63,688 nucleotides of DNA from an uncultured Bacilli bacterium (lineage in GTDB: Bacteria; Bacillota_I; Bacilli_A; RFN20; CAG-449): the NCBI GenBank assembly GCA_947629415.1, contig CANRDP010000002.1, positions 1 through 63,688 of the forward strand, written 5' to 3'. The notes under the pieces are model-generated. The model worked only from the letters and a program-made list of their open reading frames with translations, was not told the origin of the DNA and searched no databases. Each line of letters begins with the position of its first letter. The stretch's first letter is position 1. A program made the translations under genes and the position numbers. Shown here piece after piece: positions 47,153-55,748 of the stretch.

Positions 47153-50100
47153 TCTTTTTTCCGAATCGTTATTTCTTTATTTTTTTCTTCCGGCTGCAGA
47201 TAAATTATCGCATCAAAATGCGTATCCTCCGGATTATTTTTCTTTTTTTCATATAAGGTACATAACTTTGATACTTCATTCCGTTGTTTCAATAATTCGG
47301 AGAAACCATAATAAAGTAAGGTCAATATCATTCCGATATAAGTGATTTTCAATCCAATTCGTAAATTCGGAGTTTCATAATAGAAACGATACGAGTGATT
47401 TTCTTGTTCGCTTATAAAACCATTAAATCCTCCATCCACTTTATATAATGGTATTTCTTCTTTTGTATCCTCTTGAATCAGATGCCATCCATTGTCAAAA
47501 GGTATATTCAATACAACAATTCTCGGAGTTTCATAATCTGTTTCAAAAGTGTACTCATCCGCGGAAATTACGTTTACATTTTTTACCGCGGTTTCTTTCA
47601 ATTTATCGATATTTTCAAGATAAGAATCATAATATTCATAATATAAATCCGGAAGAACCAAATAGGTATTGGTACCAAAATTATCTCGTACCTCGATACG
47701 AATTTTTGTTACTTCTTCATTAACATAAAAACCACGATTTGTTTTAATATCGCCATCTTTTGAATATCCGTGTGTCATGTGATTATCTTGCACCAATAAT
47801 TTATTTCCGTCCGTTCCTCCATAAAGAGAAATCATAAGATTTTCACCCATACGAGCTTGTAAATCAATAAAACAAGGATTATTTTTGCTGGCTTTGTCAC
47901 ATACTTTCATCGTCGGAAAGGTTTCTTCAACGATAGATCCCCATTTCAATCCCTTGATTAAATTCATATTCGAACCCAATACTTCTTCATCTTGCAATTG
48001 ACCATTCTCCTGCCGCTGCACCGTGATACGCCCGGAACTGATCTTTGAATATTTTTGTGAAACCGCAGGATCGGTATCAAAAATCATACTTTTTAAATTT
48101 GGATAGTCCGCAATAAGTTGTTTCCCGGTTTCATCTTCTATAATGGCCCCATTGAGATAAGCAAGTTCATTGACAAATGTTTGTGAATAACTTCGGGTGA
48201 AAGCATAAGTTTCCGAAAAAATAGAAGATTCATCATAAATCGTATCAAACGAAAAGCCAAGATCCACGTAATTGGTATTCACATAAACCGAATGATTATC
48301 CGTAGAATATATTTCTTCAAATCCAAAAGGAACATTTTGATCGGTTGATTTGACAATATAATATTTGATTCCCAAAAACGTATCCAAATTGACACGTTTT
48401 TCATGAATACCCATGGACCATCCACCATAACCATAGGTAACTTGCGACCAATTTAAGAAAGAATCCAAATTGTAATTATAAACCGAATGGAAGGTACCGA
48501 CTCCACGTGTTCCCAAAATCATTCCCAAATTATTTCCGGTTCGATCCGCGGAAGTTGAAAACACCCGATAATAACCTTTATCCACTTCTTTAATACGATT
48601 GGCAAGATATACTTCTTCCGCAATATTATCATATCCGCCATATAAAGAATTATTAAAATTCGTGGTTCCTTGCACCTGTTGCACAATATTTCCTACGACA
48701 ATAACTTCGATGGCTAATAAATATTTTAAATTACTAATGAAATCTTTTTTCTTCAATCCCCATAAATAATAAATATAAACCAATATCGTCCAAATCATTA
48801 CCCCATAACAAAAATAGAGTCGATCTTGATCCAAATCTCTTGTCCCTACCGTCCCGGCCATTCCTTTTGCTTTATCAATCAGGAAATATTGCATTCCGAC
48901 AGTTAAAATCACGGAAAACAACATACTTCCTTTTACAAATTCTTGACGATGATCCAATTGAATAGCCACATAAACGCAATAAATCGCTACGATAAAAATT
49001 TGCCATCGTCCGTAAGCATTTGCTGTAAATCCGGAAAAACAATAATAAGCAAACGGAGTGAAAATTAATCCCAAACAAAGAAGTACTGCGAAAATATGGG
49101 AAAATTTCTTTTGCTTCAATGAAAGTAAAATACTCGGAAGCAAAAGTAAGGTCAAAGGTGTATAAACATATAAAGATGCTTGGTGATTATCATAACCGAT
49201 ATTAATAAATAACGGAGAATCGTAACAGGAAATCGTCGGGAAGAAAAAAGAAATCGCCGGATATAATAAATATTTTGTTTGATAATCCGCACTGCCTTCT
49301 GCCATTTCCCAATTGGTTAATTTTCCGAATAAAGTTCCGACGGCTTGTTGAATTTCAAAAAAACTTTTTTTCAATTGAATTGTCTCTTTCAATTGACTAT
49401 ACGCTTCCAGCAACTCACTTCCATAAGTAGCTTCCGTAACTCTGGAATTGGTTAATACCGCTTCGAAACAAGGCAAAAGAATTGCTCCGGCTAAAAGAAG
49501 CCCGAGAGCAAATCCCATAATTCCTTTTAAAATAATTTCAATTCTTACATGAATGAAATGATGCTTTTCATATTTTGCGCTTTCATTCATTTTTCCCATG
49601 ATTTCAAATCGTTGGAAGTAGCGGAAAACAGAATAAAGCACACCTGTAAAACAAAAAGATATTAAGAAGAAATAATTCGTTAATCCGACAAGACAAACCA
49701 TAAAAATTAATGGTAAAGGATTTCTTTTTCTTAACAAAATTTCAATACTCAATAAGAAGAAAGGCATTAAAACCGCAATTTCAAAAAAGTGATTGAACCA
49801 AAGATAGAAAAAATTCCAACCACAAAAAGCATAAGCTGTTCCTACCAAAATTGCCGTATCGTTTTTTACATCAAAAATTTCCAATAATTTTCGCATTCCA
49901 ACGCCGGCCAATACAATTTTGGTAATAATGAAAAATGCTTGTACCTGAGGAATAATTTGTCTTGGAATTAGTAAAATCGGTAAGAAAAAAATATTAAACA
50001 AATAATAGAATGCATTGGCACCGATATTATTCACACCCAAAAAAGCGGAATCATCCCATAAAGGAAACTTCCCGGTTGTAATGGCCGTCATCCAATCATC

Positions 50101-50316
50101 ATAACCATTAAAATAAAATGGAATATCCTGGATAACAAAATCTCCGGAAATCGGGATAACCAAACGATTTTGAATTAACGTATATCCAAAAACCAAGAAA
50201 GCAATAATATACAAGAAAAAAATATACGTTACCCAAGAATTTGAGGTAAGCCGCTGAAAAATTTTTTTCCATTGGATTCTTTTTTTCTTTTCTTCTTTCG
50301 CCGCAGCAACTAACAT
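47149..50316 (-). CDS. YfhO family integral membrane protein (putative glycosyl-transfer/lipid-linked glycan function)
   Basis: 1055 aa, more than 12 TM segments in the N-terminal two-thirds, and a large extracytoplasmic C-terminal domain. The N-terminal pattern SGDFVIQDIPFYFN...GKFPLWDDSAFLGVNNIG is typical of YfhO. Confidence 0.8.
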   Translation of the reverse strand: MLVAAAKEEKKKRIQWKKIFQRLTSNSWVTYIFFLYIIAFLVFGYTLIQNRLVIPISGDFVIQDIPFYFNGYDDWMTAITTGKFPLWDDSAFLGVNNIGANAFYYLFNIFFLPILLIPRQIIPQVQAFFIITKIVLAGVGMRKLLEIFDVKNDTAILVGTAYAFCGWNFFYLWFNHFFEIAVLMPFFLLSIEILLRKRNPLPLIFMVCLVGLTNYFFLISFCFTGVLYSVFRYFQRFEIMGKMNESAKYEKHHFIHVRIEIILKGIMGFALGLLLAGAILLPCFEAVLTNSRVTEATYGSELLEAYSQLKETIQLKKSFFEIQQAVGTLFGKLTNWEMAEGSADYQTKYLLYPAISFFFPTISCYDSPLFINIGYDNHQASLYVYTPLTLLLLPSILLSLKQKKFSHIFAVLLCLGLIFTPFAYYCFSGFTANAYGRWQIFIVAIYCVYVAIQLDHRQEFVKGSMLFSVILTVGMQYFLIDKAKGMAGTVGTRDLDQDRLYFCYGVMIWTILVYIYYLWGLKKKDFISNLKYLLAIEVIVVGNIVQQVQGTTNFNNSLYGGYDNIAEEVYLANRIKEVDKGYYRVFSTSADRTGNNLGMILGTRGVGTFHSVYNYNLDSFLNWSQVTYGYGGWSMGIHEKRVNLDTFLGIKYYIVKSTDQNVPFGFEEIYSTDNHSVYVNTNYVDLGFSFDTIYDESSIFSETYAFTRSYSQTFVNELAYLNGAIIEDETGKQLIADYPNLKSMIFDTDPAVSQKYSKISSGRITVQRQENGQLQDEEVLGSNMNLIKGLKWGSIVEETFPTMKVCDKASKNNPCFIDLQARMGENLMISLYGGTDGNKLLVQDNHMTHGYSKDGDIKTNRGFYVNEEVTKIRIEVRDNFGTNTYLVLPDLYYEYYDSYLENIDKLKETAVKNVNVISADEYTFETDYETPRIVVLNIPFDNGWHLIQEDTKEEIPLYKVDGGFNGFISEQENHSYRFYYETPNLRIGLKITYIGMILTLLYYGFSELLKQRNEVSKLCTLYEKKKNNPEDTHFDAIIYLQPEEKNKEITIRKKD

Positions 50317-50331
50317 GTATTTTCCTTTCTT

Positions 50332-50814
50332 TTATTTGTGATATACTTCGCCATTACGAATTTTCATTGCCCGATAGAGCTGTTCCAGTAAGATTTCTCT
50401 GCTCATAAGATGCGTAAAGGTCATCGGGGATAAAGATAGACGGAAATCCGCTTTTTGAACGACTTCTTTCGATATTCCTAAAGATCCTCCGATTACAAAA
50501 GTAAGATGTGATTTTCCGAGGAGAAAAATTTCCGATATTTTTTTCTCAAATGCTATCGAATCCATTTCTTTCCCATGGACATCCAATACAAATAAATAGC
50601 TTCCATCCGGAATTTTTTTTAATATTCGTTCTCCTTCGATTTCCAAAATTTTTTCTTTTTCTTTTTCGGATATCTTCTCCTTAATTTTTAAATCCTCAAC
50701 CTCAAGAATTTCCGATTCGCAATATTTACTTAACCGTTTTTGATATTCTTTTATCGCTTCTTTTTGAAATTTTTCTTTACATCTTCCAACGGCAAGAATC
50801 GTAATTTTAGGCAT
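50332..50814 (-). CDS. rlmH: 23S rRNA (pseudouridine1915-N3)-methyltransferase
   Basis: 160 aa from ATG 50814 (MPKITILAVGR...). SPOUT C-terminus FVIGGSLGIS...LSLSPMTFTHLMSREILLEQLYRA. Confidence 0.9.
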   Translation of the reverse strand: MPKITILAVGRCKEKFQKEAIKEYQKRLSKYCESEILEVEDLKIKEKISEKEKEKILEIEGERILKKIPDGSYLFVLDVHGKEMDSIAFEKKISEIFLLGKSHLTFVIGGSLGISKEVVQKADFRLSLSPMTFTHLMSREILLEQLYRAMKIRNGEVYHK

Positions 50815-51610
50815 ACATATCCTCGAAAACAACATTTCCTCCCGAAATGGTTTCTCTTTGGGATGCACAACGATAATTGACATGTTCCAAACTAATTCCT
50901 CTTTTTTCCATAATTTTCAAAAAGGTTGCAAGAACTTGCTCGGGATTATTGGCTTCTTCGGAAATATGTGCAAAAATAATTTCTTTTGTTTTCGGTCCGA
51001 TGATTTCCGAAAGATATAAAGCGCAATCTTCATTACTTAAATGCCCTTTATCACCGAGAATACGATCTTTTAATAACTGAGGTCTTGATGTTTCCAAAAG
51101 CATAGGTACATCATGATTGCTTTCCAAAATATAATAATCGCAATTGTTAATTATCTTTAACGTATTTTCATAAATGAATCCCGTGTCGGTAATATAAGCC
51201 AAAGTTTCCTCTTGATCCTTTATAAAAAAACCAACCGAGCCAAAAGCATCATGTGAAGTCGGAAGAATAGTAACTTGAAATCCCGCGATTGTTTTGGTTT
51301 CATATGGAGATAGATAATGGTTTTTCAATATTCCGATTTCTTCTTTTGTGTAGGATTCGATATCTCTTGCCACTTCTTGTGTTCCATATCGTTTTTCATA
51401 AGGAATCGTCGCTATCATTTTAATATGATCTTCATGTCCATGTGTAATAAGAAGAGCATTAATATCCTGCAAAGAAACATCAATTTCCGCTAATTTCTGT
51501 GCCAACAATTTTTTGGAAGATAGCCCATTATCAATCATCAAAATTCCATGCGTGGATTTAATAATGGTTGCATTCCCTTTTGATCCGGATGCTAAAACGT
51601 GATATCTCAT
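50807..51610 (-). CDS. MBL-fold metallo-hydrolase (YycJ/WalJ-like)
   Basis: MRYHVLASGSKGNATII...ITHGHEDHI. Length 267 aa. Position upstream of rlmH as in B. subtilis yycJ. Confidence 0.8.
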   Translation of the reverse strand: MRYHVLASGSKGNATIIKSTHGILMIDNGLSSKKLLAQKLAEIDVSLQDINALLITHGHEDHIKMIATIPYEKRYGTQEVARDIESYTKEEIGILKNHYLSPYETKTIAGFQVTILPTSHDAFGSVGFFIKDQEETLAYITDTGFIYENTLKIINNCDYYILESNHDVPMLLETSRPQLLKDRILGDKGHLSNEDCALYLSEIIGPKTKEIIFAHISEEANNPEQVLATFLKIMEKRGISLEHVNYRCASQRETISGGNVVFEDMYA

Positions 51611-53073
51611 TGATTTTCACTCTTCCTTACTTTATATTCGTTTTCTTTTATGTTCACAACCGGAGCAAATTTACCGATATATGGGAAAAAAGTATAATAG
51701 ACTGTACCTACTTCACCCGTCCGGTTCTTTGACAAAATGATCTGAGTTTCTTCTCCATCTTGAAACGGTTTAATCGTTGTATTTTCATCTTTTAATTTTG
51801 GTTTGCTTTCTTCTCCGTTTGGATTAGAATCCTGATTTTCGTTTTTATAATTATAATCCTGATATTTCGGACGATAAATAAACATCACCTGATCGGCATC
51901 CTGTTCAATGGAACCCGAATCTCTTAAATCCGATAACACCGGTCGCCGATCGGTTCTTTTTTCACTGGCTCTGGATAACTGACATAAGCAAAGAATCGGT
52001 ACATTTAATTCTCTTGCCAAACTCTTCAAAGAACGCGAAATTTCACTGACCTCCAATTGGCGATTGTCAATTCTGGTGTTATTTGTGGTAATGAGTCCCA
52101 TGTAGTCAATAACAATTAAGCCCAAATTTTCATCTTCCCGTTTTAATTTTTGTGCTTTGGCGCGGATATCAAAAAGTTTCGCTCCGGAAGTATCATCAAT
52201 TAAAATTCTGGCTTTTTTTAATTGTTCTTTTGCTTCATATAATGCAACCCAATCATCATCGCTTAATTGCCCCGTAGCCAAATACGTATTTACAATAACC
52301 GCCTGGGAAGAAATCATCTTTTTCACAATATCTTCTGCGGACATTTCCAATGAAAATATTGCCACGGTTTTATGAGATTTTATAGCCACATTACATGCTA
52401 AATTAATTGCAAAAGTTGTTTTTCCTACGGAAGGACGAGCAGCCAAAATGCACAAACTTCCCGGTTGGAATCCCAAAGTTAACTGATTTAAATTGGGATA
52501 TCCCGTATCTAATCCCGTGACTGCGGAAATTTCTTTACCGCTTCGATGATCCGATTCCAATTTTAATGCGATTTTTTCGGCAATTTCTCCGGAATTTTTA
52601 AATCCACCCACACGACGTGCTTTGGTAATATCCAAAATTCTTTTTTCCGCATTTGCCACAAAATCCGGAATCGATTCGATTTCTTTTGTATTATAATCCT
52701 GATCAATTCGTTTTAATTCAGCCAATAAGCGCCTCAAAAGTCCTAGATCACGAACAATATTAATATGATATAACGCGTGTTTTTCTCCGACGTAGCTTTC
52801 TTGCAATTCCAATAAATAGTCGGTACCGCCATCTTCATCTAATGTATGCATGTGATTTAATAATTCATCTGTCAATGTAGTAATATCCACAACTTTTCCT
52901 TTATTATCCAAGTTTACAATAGCTCTAAAAATATCGCGATTTGCAGACTTTTCACCATAAAAATCATCCACGCTCAAAGTAGAAATCGCTTCGATACGAC
53001 TATTTTCATTTTCAATCATTGATCCTAATACCGCTTTTTCGGCTTCGGGATTATGAGGTATTTTACTGTTCAC
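51607..53073 (-). CDS. dnaB: replicative DNA helicase
   Basis: N-terminal PHNPEAEKAVLGSM, Walker A ARPSVGKTTFAINLA, Walker B IVIDYMGLI, and ALSQLSR-like CLCQLSRASE. Confidence 0.95.
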   Translation of the reverse strand: MNSKIPHNPEAEKAVLGSMIENENSRIEAISTLSVDDFYGEKSANRDIFRAIVNLDNKGKVVDITTLTDELLNHMHTLDEDGGTDYLLELQESYVGEKHALYHINIVRDLGLLRRLLAELKRIDQDYNTKEIESIPDFVANAEKRILDITKARRVGGFKNSGEIAEKIALKLESDHRSGKEISAVTGLDTGYPNLNQLTLGFQPGSLCILAARPSVGKTTFAINLACNVAIKSHKTVAIFSLEMSAEDIVKKMISSQAVIVNTYLATGQLSDDDWVALYEAKEQLKKARILIDDTSGAKLFDIRAKAQKLKREDENLGLIVIDYMGLITTNNTRIDNRQLEVSEISRSLKSLARELNVPILCLCQLSRASEKRTDRRPVLSDLRDSGSIEQDADQVMFIYRPKYQDYNYKNENQDSNPNGEESKPKLKDENTTIKPFQDGEETQIILSKNRTGEVGTVYYTFFPYIGKFAPVVNIKENEYKVRKSENQ

Positions 53074-53083
53074 TTATAGCCTC

Positions 53084-53539
53084 CTAAGCACCTTTTTTTT
53101 CTGAAACATGTACTCGCACAGTAGCCAAAACATTTTTATATAATTCGACTCTTAAATTGGTAAAACCAAAAGCATTCACCGGATATTTATCGACAAATTT
53201 TCTTTTGTCAATCACGATCTGATATTTTAAAAGCAACTCTTGTTCGATTTGTTTTGGAGATATAGTACCAAACATTCGGCCATCTTTTGAACTAGATGCC
53301 GTGAATTCCAAAACAATCGACTCGATTTTTTCTTTTAATTTCAGTGCCTCTTCTTTTTTAATTTCTTCATCCTTCTGTCTTTGTTTCTGATTATTCTCCA
53401 AAATATTCATTTCTTTTGAAGTCATCTTCACCGCAAGTCCATTCGGAATAAGATAATTCGCGGCATATCCATCGGAAACTTCGATAATCTGATCTTTTTT
53501 CCCCACTTTTTTTACATCTTTCAATAGAATAACTTTCAT
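53084..53539 (-). CDS. rplI: 50S ribosomal protein L9
   Basis: MKVILLKDVKKVGKKDQIIEVSDGYAANYLIPNGLA. Length 151 aa. Confidence 0.95.
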   Translation of the reverse strand: MKVILLKDVKKVGKKDQIIEVSDGYAANYLIPNGLAVKMTSKEMNILENNQKQRQKDEEIKKEEALKLKEKIESIVLEFTASSSKDGRMFGTISPKQIEQELLLKYQIVIDKRKFVDKYPVNAFGFTNLRVELYKNVLATVRVHVSEKKGA

Positions 53540-53557
53540 AAAATTCCCTCGCTGTTT

Positions 53558-55588
53558 TTACTTCTTTTCTTCAATTCGCGCATCTGCCAAATATTGATCC
53601 AAAACATTTCTCAACATCTCATTTACTTCTTCTATTGTCTTTTCCTGGAAAGCCGCAGCAGATGCCGTATAATGTCCGCCACCGCCTAATTTTTCAAGAA
53701 GCATTTGACAATTGATTGTTCCATCGCTTCTTGATGAAATACGAATTTCTTTTTCTCCGGTTCTACCAATAACAAAGCAAGCATTAACTCCTTTAATGGA
53801 TAAAGTTTCCTGAGCCACAATAGCCAGAATCGTACGATCAATAATATCATTGGCATCCGCAAGAGAAATAATCACACCATAATAAGGGGTTGAAGAATTG
53901 GACATAATTCTTGTTTTTAATGCATATTCTTCATATTCTTCTTTCAAGAAATCGTCTGCAATCTGATTATCTGCACCATATTCTTTCAAAATCAAAGAAG
54001 CGTCATATGTTCTGGCACTTGTTTTTTGACGATAAAAATTCGTATCCAAGAAAATACCGGCCAGCATCATCGTTGCATAATGCGGAGGAATCTCGATATG
54101 ATGTTCATTATATCGTATTAATTCCGCTACCAATTCGGACGCAGAAGAAGCCGAAGGTTCGATATGCACGAATAAGGGCTTATCGATAAACTCTTCTGCT
54201 CTTCGGTGATGATCGATAATAGCTATATTTTTTGCTTTCTCAACGACTTCACGCGATAAGCAAATGGAAGGTCGATGCACATCGGTTAGAATCAAAAGAG
54301 ATTCTTTTTTCATCATTCTCAACGCTTCTTGAGGTGTAACCGTAAGTTCTTTTATTTCTTCTTTTGTAAATGTTTTCTTGAATGCTTTTCTTGTTTTTGC
54401 TTCAATTAAATCCTCTTCATAAACAATATGTGCTTTCTTACCAGATCTTGTGGCAAAACAATAAAGTCCCAAACAACTTCCCAATGCATCCAAATCCGCA
54501 TCCATGTGTCCCATAATATAAATATCTTCCGCATCTTCGATAAGAGCCATAAGCGATTGAGACAAAACACGGCTTCGCACACGACTTCTTTTGGATTTTG
54601 CTTCGGATTTCCCGCCGAAGAAAATAAAGTTTCCACCATAAGGAGAAATAACGGTCTGATCTCCTCCTCTGGATAAAGCAACATCCAAAGCGGCACTTGC
54701 CATATCGGATAATTTTACATAATCGTCAAAGCCGACAGAAAAACCAATGGAAATGGTCAAATCATTATCTCCGGATTCCACTTCATCGTGCACTTTTTGT
54801 ACTACGGAAAATTTATCTTCATACATTCTTTCATAAGATGCTCTTGTACATAAAACGATATAACTGTCGGTACGAAATTTCCGAACCAAAAGATTATATT
54901 TTTTTGCATAATTTGCCACAATTTTATGTACGGATGCCAACATATCATTAATCGTTACATCATCCAATAATGCAGCAATATCCGAATAATTATCGATAGC
55001 AATAATACCTACCGCAGGGGAATGATCATTGGAAAATTTACTGATGGATTCGATATCCGTTATATCTTTAAAAAGAAAAATTCTTGCGTTTTGTATGAAT
55101 TCAACTTCATAAATCTGTGAATTGATTTTAATCTTTTTCGGTTCTTTATGTGACGAATCCTCATTCTTTGATTGATTCATTAATTCAATTAAATCCGGTT
55201 GCCAAACAAAAATATCTTTATCAATCAAAAGAGAACTACTTCGCGGAAACCATTCATTTGTCCAAAATATTTTATGATTTTCATCCGTAATGACAATGCC
55301 CAATTTTCCGAAAGTATAAATTTCATGAATATCTTTTCCTACAATATCAATTGCTTTAACATCGGATTTTGCTCTTGCTTTTGAGATGTGGAACAAAAAC
55401 CACATAACAAAAATAAGGTCCAAAATAAAAAATATGGTACTGAGTGCAATCATTATATCCGTTAAATATTCTTCAAAATAATTTAATTGAACAAAAACAA
55501 AAAGAACAGCATATCCTATGAGTTGAATTAAAAAGAGCACACAGAATTGTATCGCTTTTTTCTTGAGATAGTCTTGCATAGAATTCAC
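53558..55588 (-). CDS. gdpP: DHH/DHHA1 phosphodiesterase GdpP (c-di-AMP phosphodiesterase, YybT-like)
   Basis: Two N-terminal TM helices, a PAS-like segment, a degenerate GGDEF-like region (RGGDQ), DHH motifs (GHMDADLDALGS; DHHRR) and GGGGH in DHHA1. Conserved gdpP-rplI-dnaB order. Confidence 0.85.
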   Translation of the reverse strand: MNSMQDYLKKKAIQFCVLFLIQLIGYAVLFVFVQLNYFEEYLTDIMIALSTIFFILDLIFVMWFLFHISKARAKSDVKAIDIVGKDIHEIYTFGKLGIVITDENHKIFWTNEWFPRSSSLLIDKDIFVWQPDLIELMNQSKNEDSSHKEPKKIKINSQIYEVEFIQNARIFLFKDITDIESISKFSNDHSPAVGIIAIDNYSDIAALLDDVTINDMLASVHKIVANYAKKYNLLVRKFRTDSYIVLCTRASYERMYEDKFSVVQKVHDEVESGDNDLTISIGFSVGFDDYVKLSDMASAALDVALSRGGDQTVISPYGGNFIFFGGKSEAKSKRSRVRSRVLSQSLMALIEDAEDIYIMGHMDADLDALGSCLGLYCFATRSGKKAHIVYEEDLIEAKTRKAFKKTFTKEEIKELTVTPQEALRMMKKESLLILTDVHRPSICLSREVVEKAKNIAIIDHHRRAEEFIDKPLFVHIEPSASSASELVAELIRYNEHHIEIPPHYATMMLAGIFLDTNFYRQKTSARTYDASLILKEYGADNQIADDFLKEEYEEYALKTRIMSNSSTPYYGVIISLADANDIIDRTILAIVAQETLSIKGVNACFVIGRTGEKEIRISSRSDGTINCQMLLEKLGGGGHYTASAAAFQEKTIEEVNEMLRNVLDQYLADARIEEKK

Positions 55589-55630
55589 CTCGTGATGTTA
55601 TTATACAATAACCTAAAGGTTATTAGATAG

Positions 55631-55676
55631 AAAAAAAAGACGATTTTTTATTTTAACACCTGCTTTTATCGTCTTT
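55631..55676 (-). terminator. terminator-like hairpin downstream of the histidine kinase gene (bidirectional-looking)
   Basis: 9-bp stem AAAGACGAT (55636-55644) with ATCGTCTTT (55668-55676). It is flanked by an A8 run on one side and a T-rich run on the other. The large 23-nt loop lowers confidence. Confidence 0.45.
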
Positions 55677-55748
55677 TCTTTTTTTATAAATAAATCTTTG
55701 AAATAGAAAAGAGAGTAGAAATGATTTTTTTACATTTCTTTTCTGCTA

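Noticed and set aside
47138-47165. dif-like sequence at the convergence point of the + and - gene blocks (ACTTCCGAGAAT matches 11/12 of the left arm of B. subtilis dif)
   Set aside because: Only the left arm matches. The central region and the XerD-type arm (TTATGTAAACT) are absent. The site also lies inside the overlapping 3' ends of rsmI and the YfhO gene.
51740-51880. Extra ~28-residue Asn/Glu/Lys-rich segment in DnaB between the YRxxYY motif and the ...IILSKNRTG strand, considered as a possible intein or insertion
   Set aside because: It is far too short for an intein and lacks Cys/Ser-...-HN splice motifs. It looks like a low-complexity loop expansion, which is common in AT-rich genomes.
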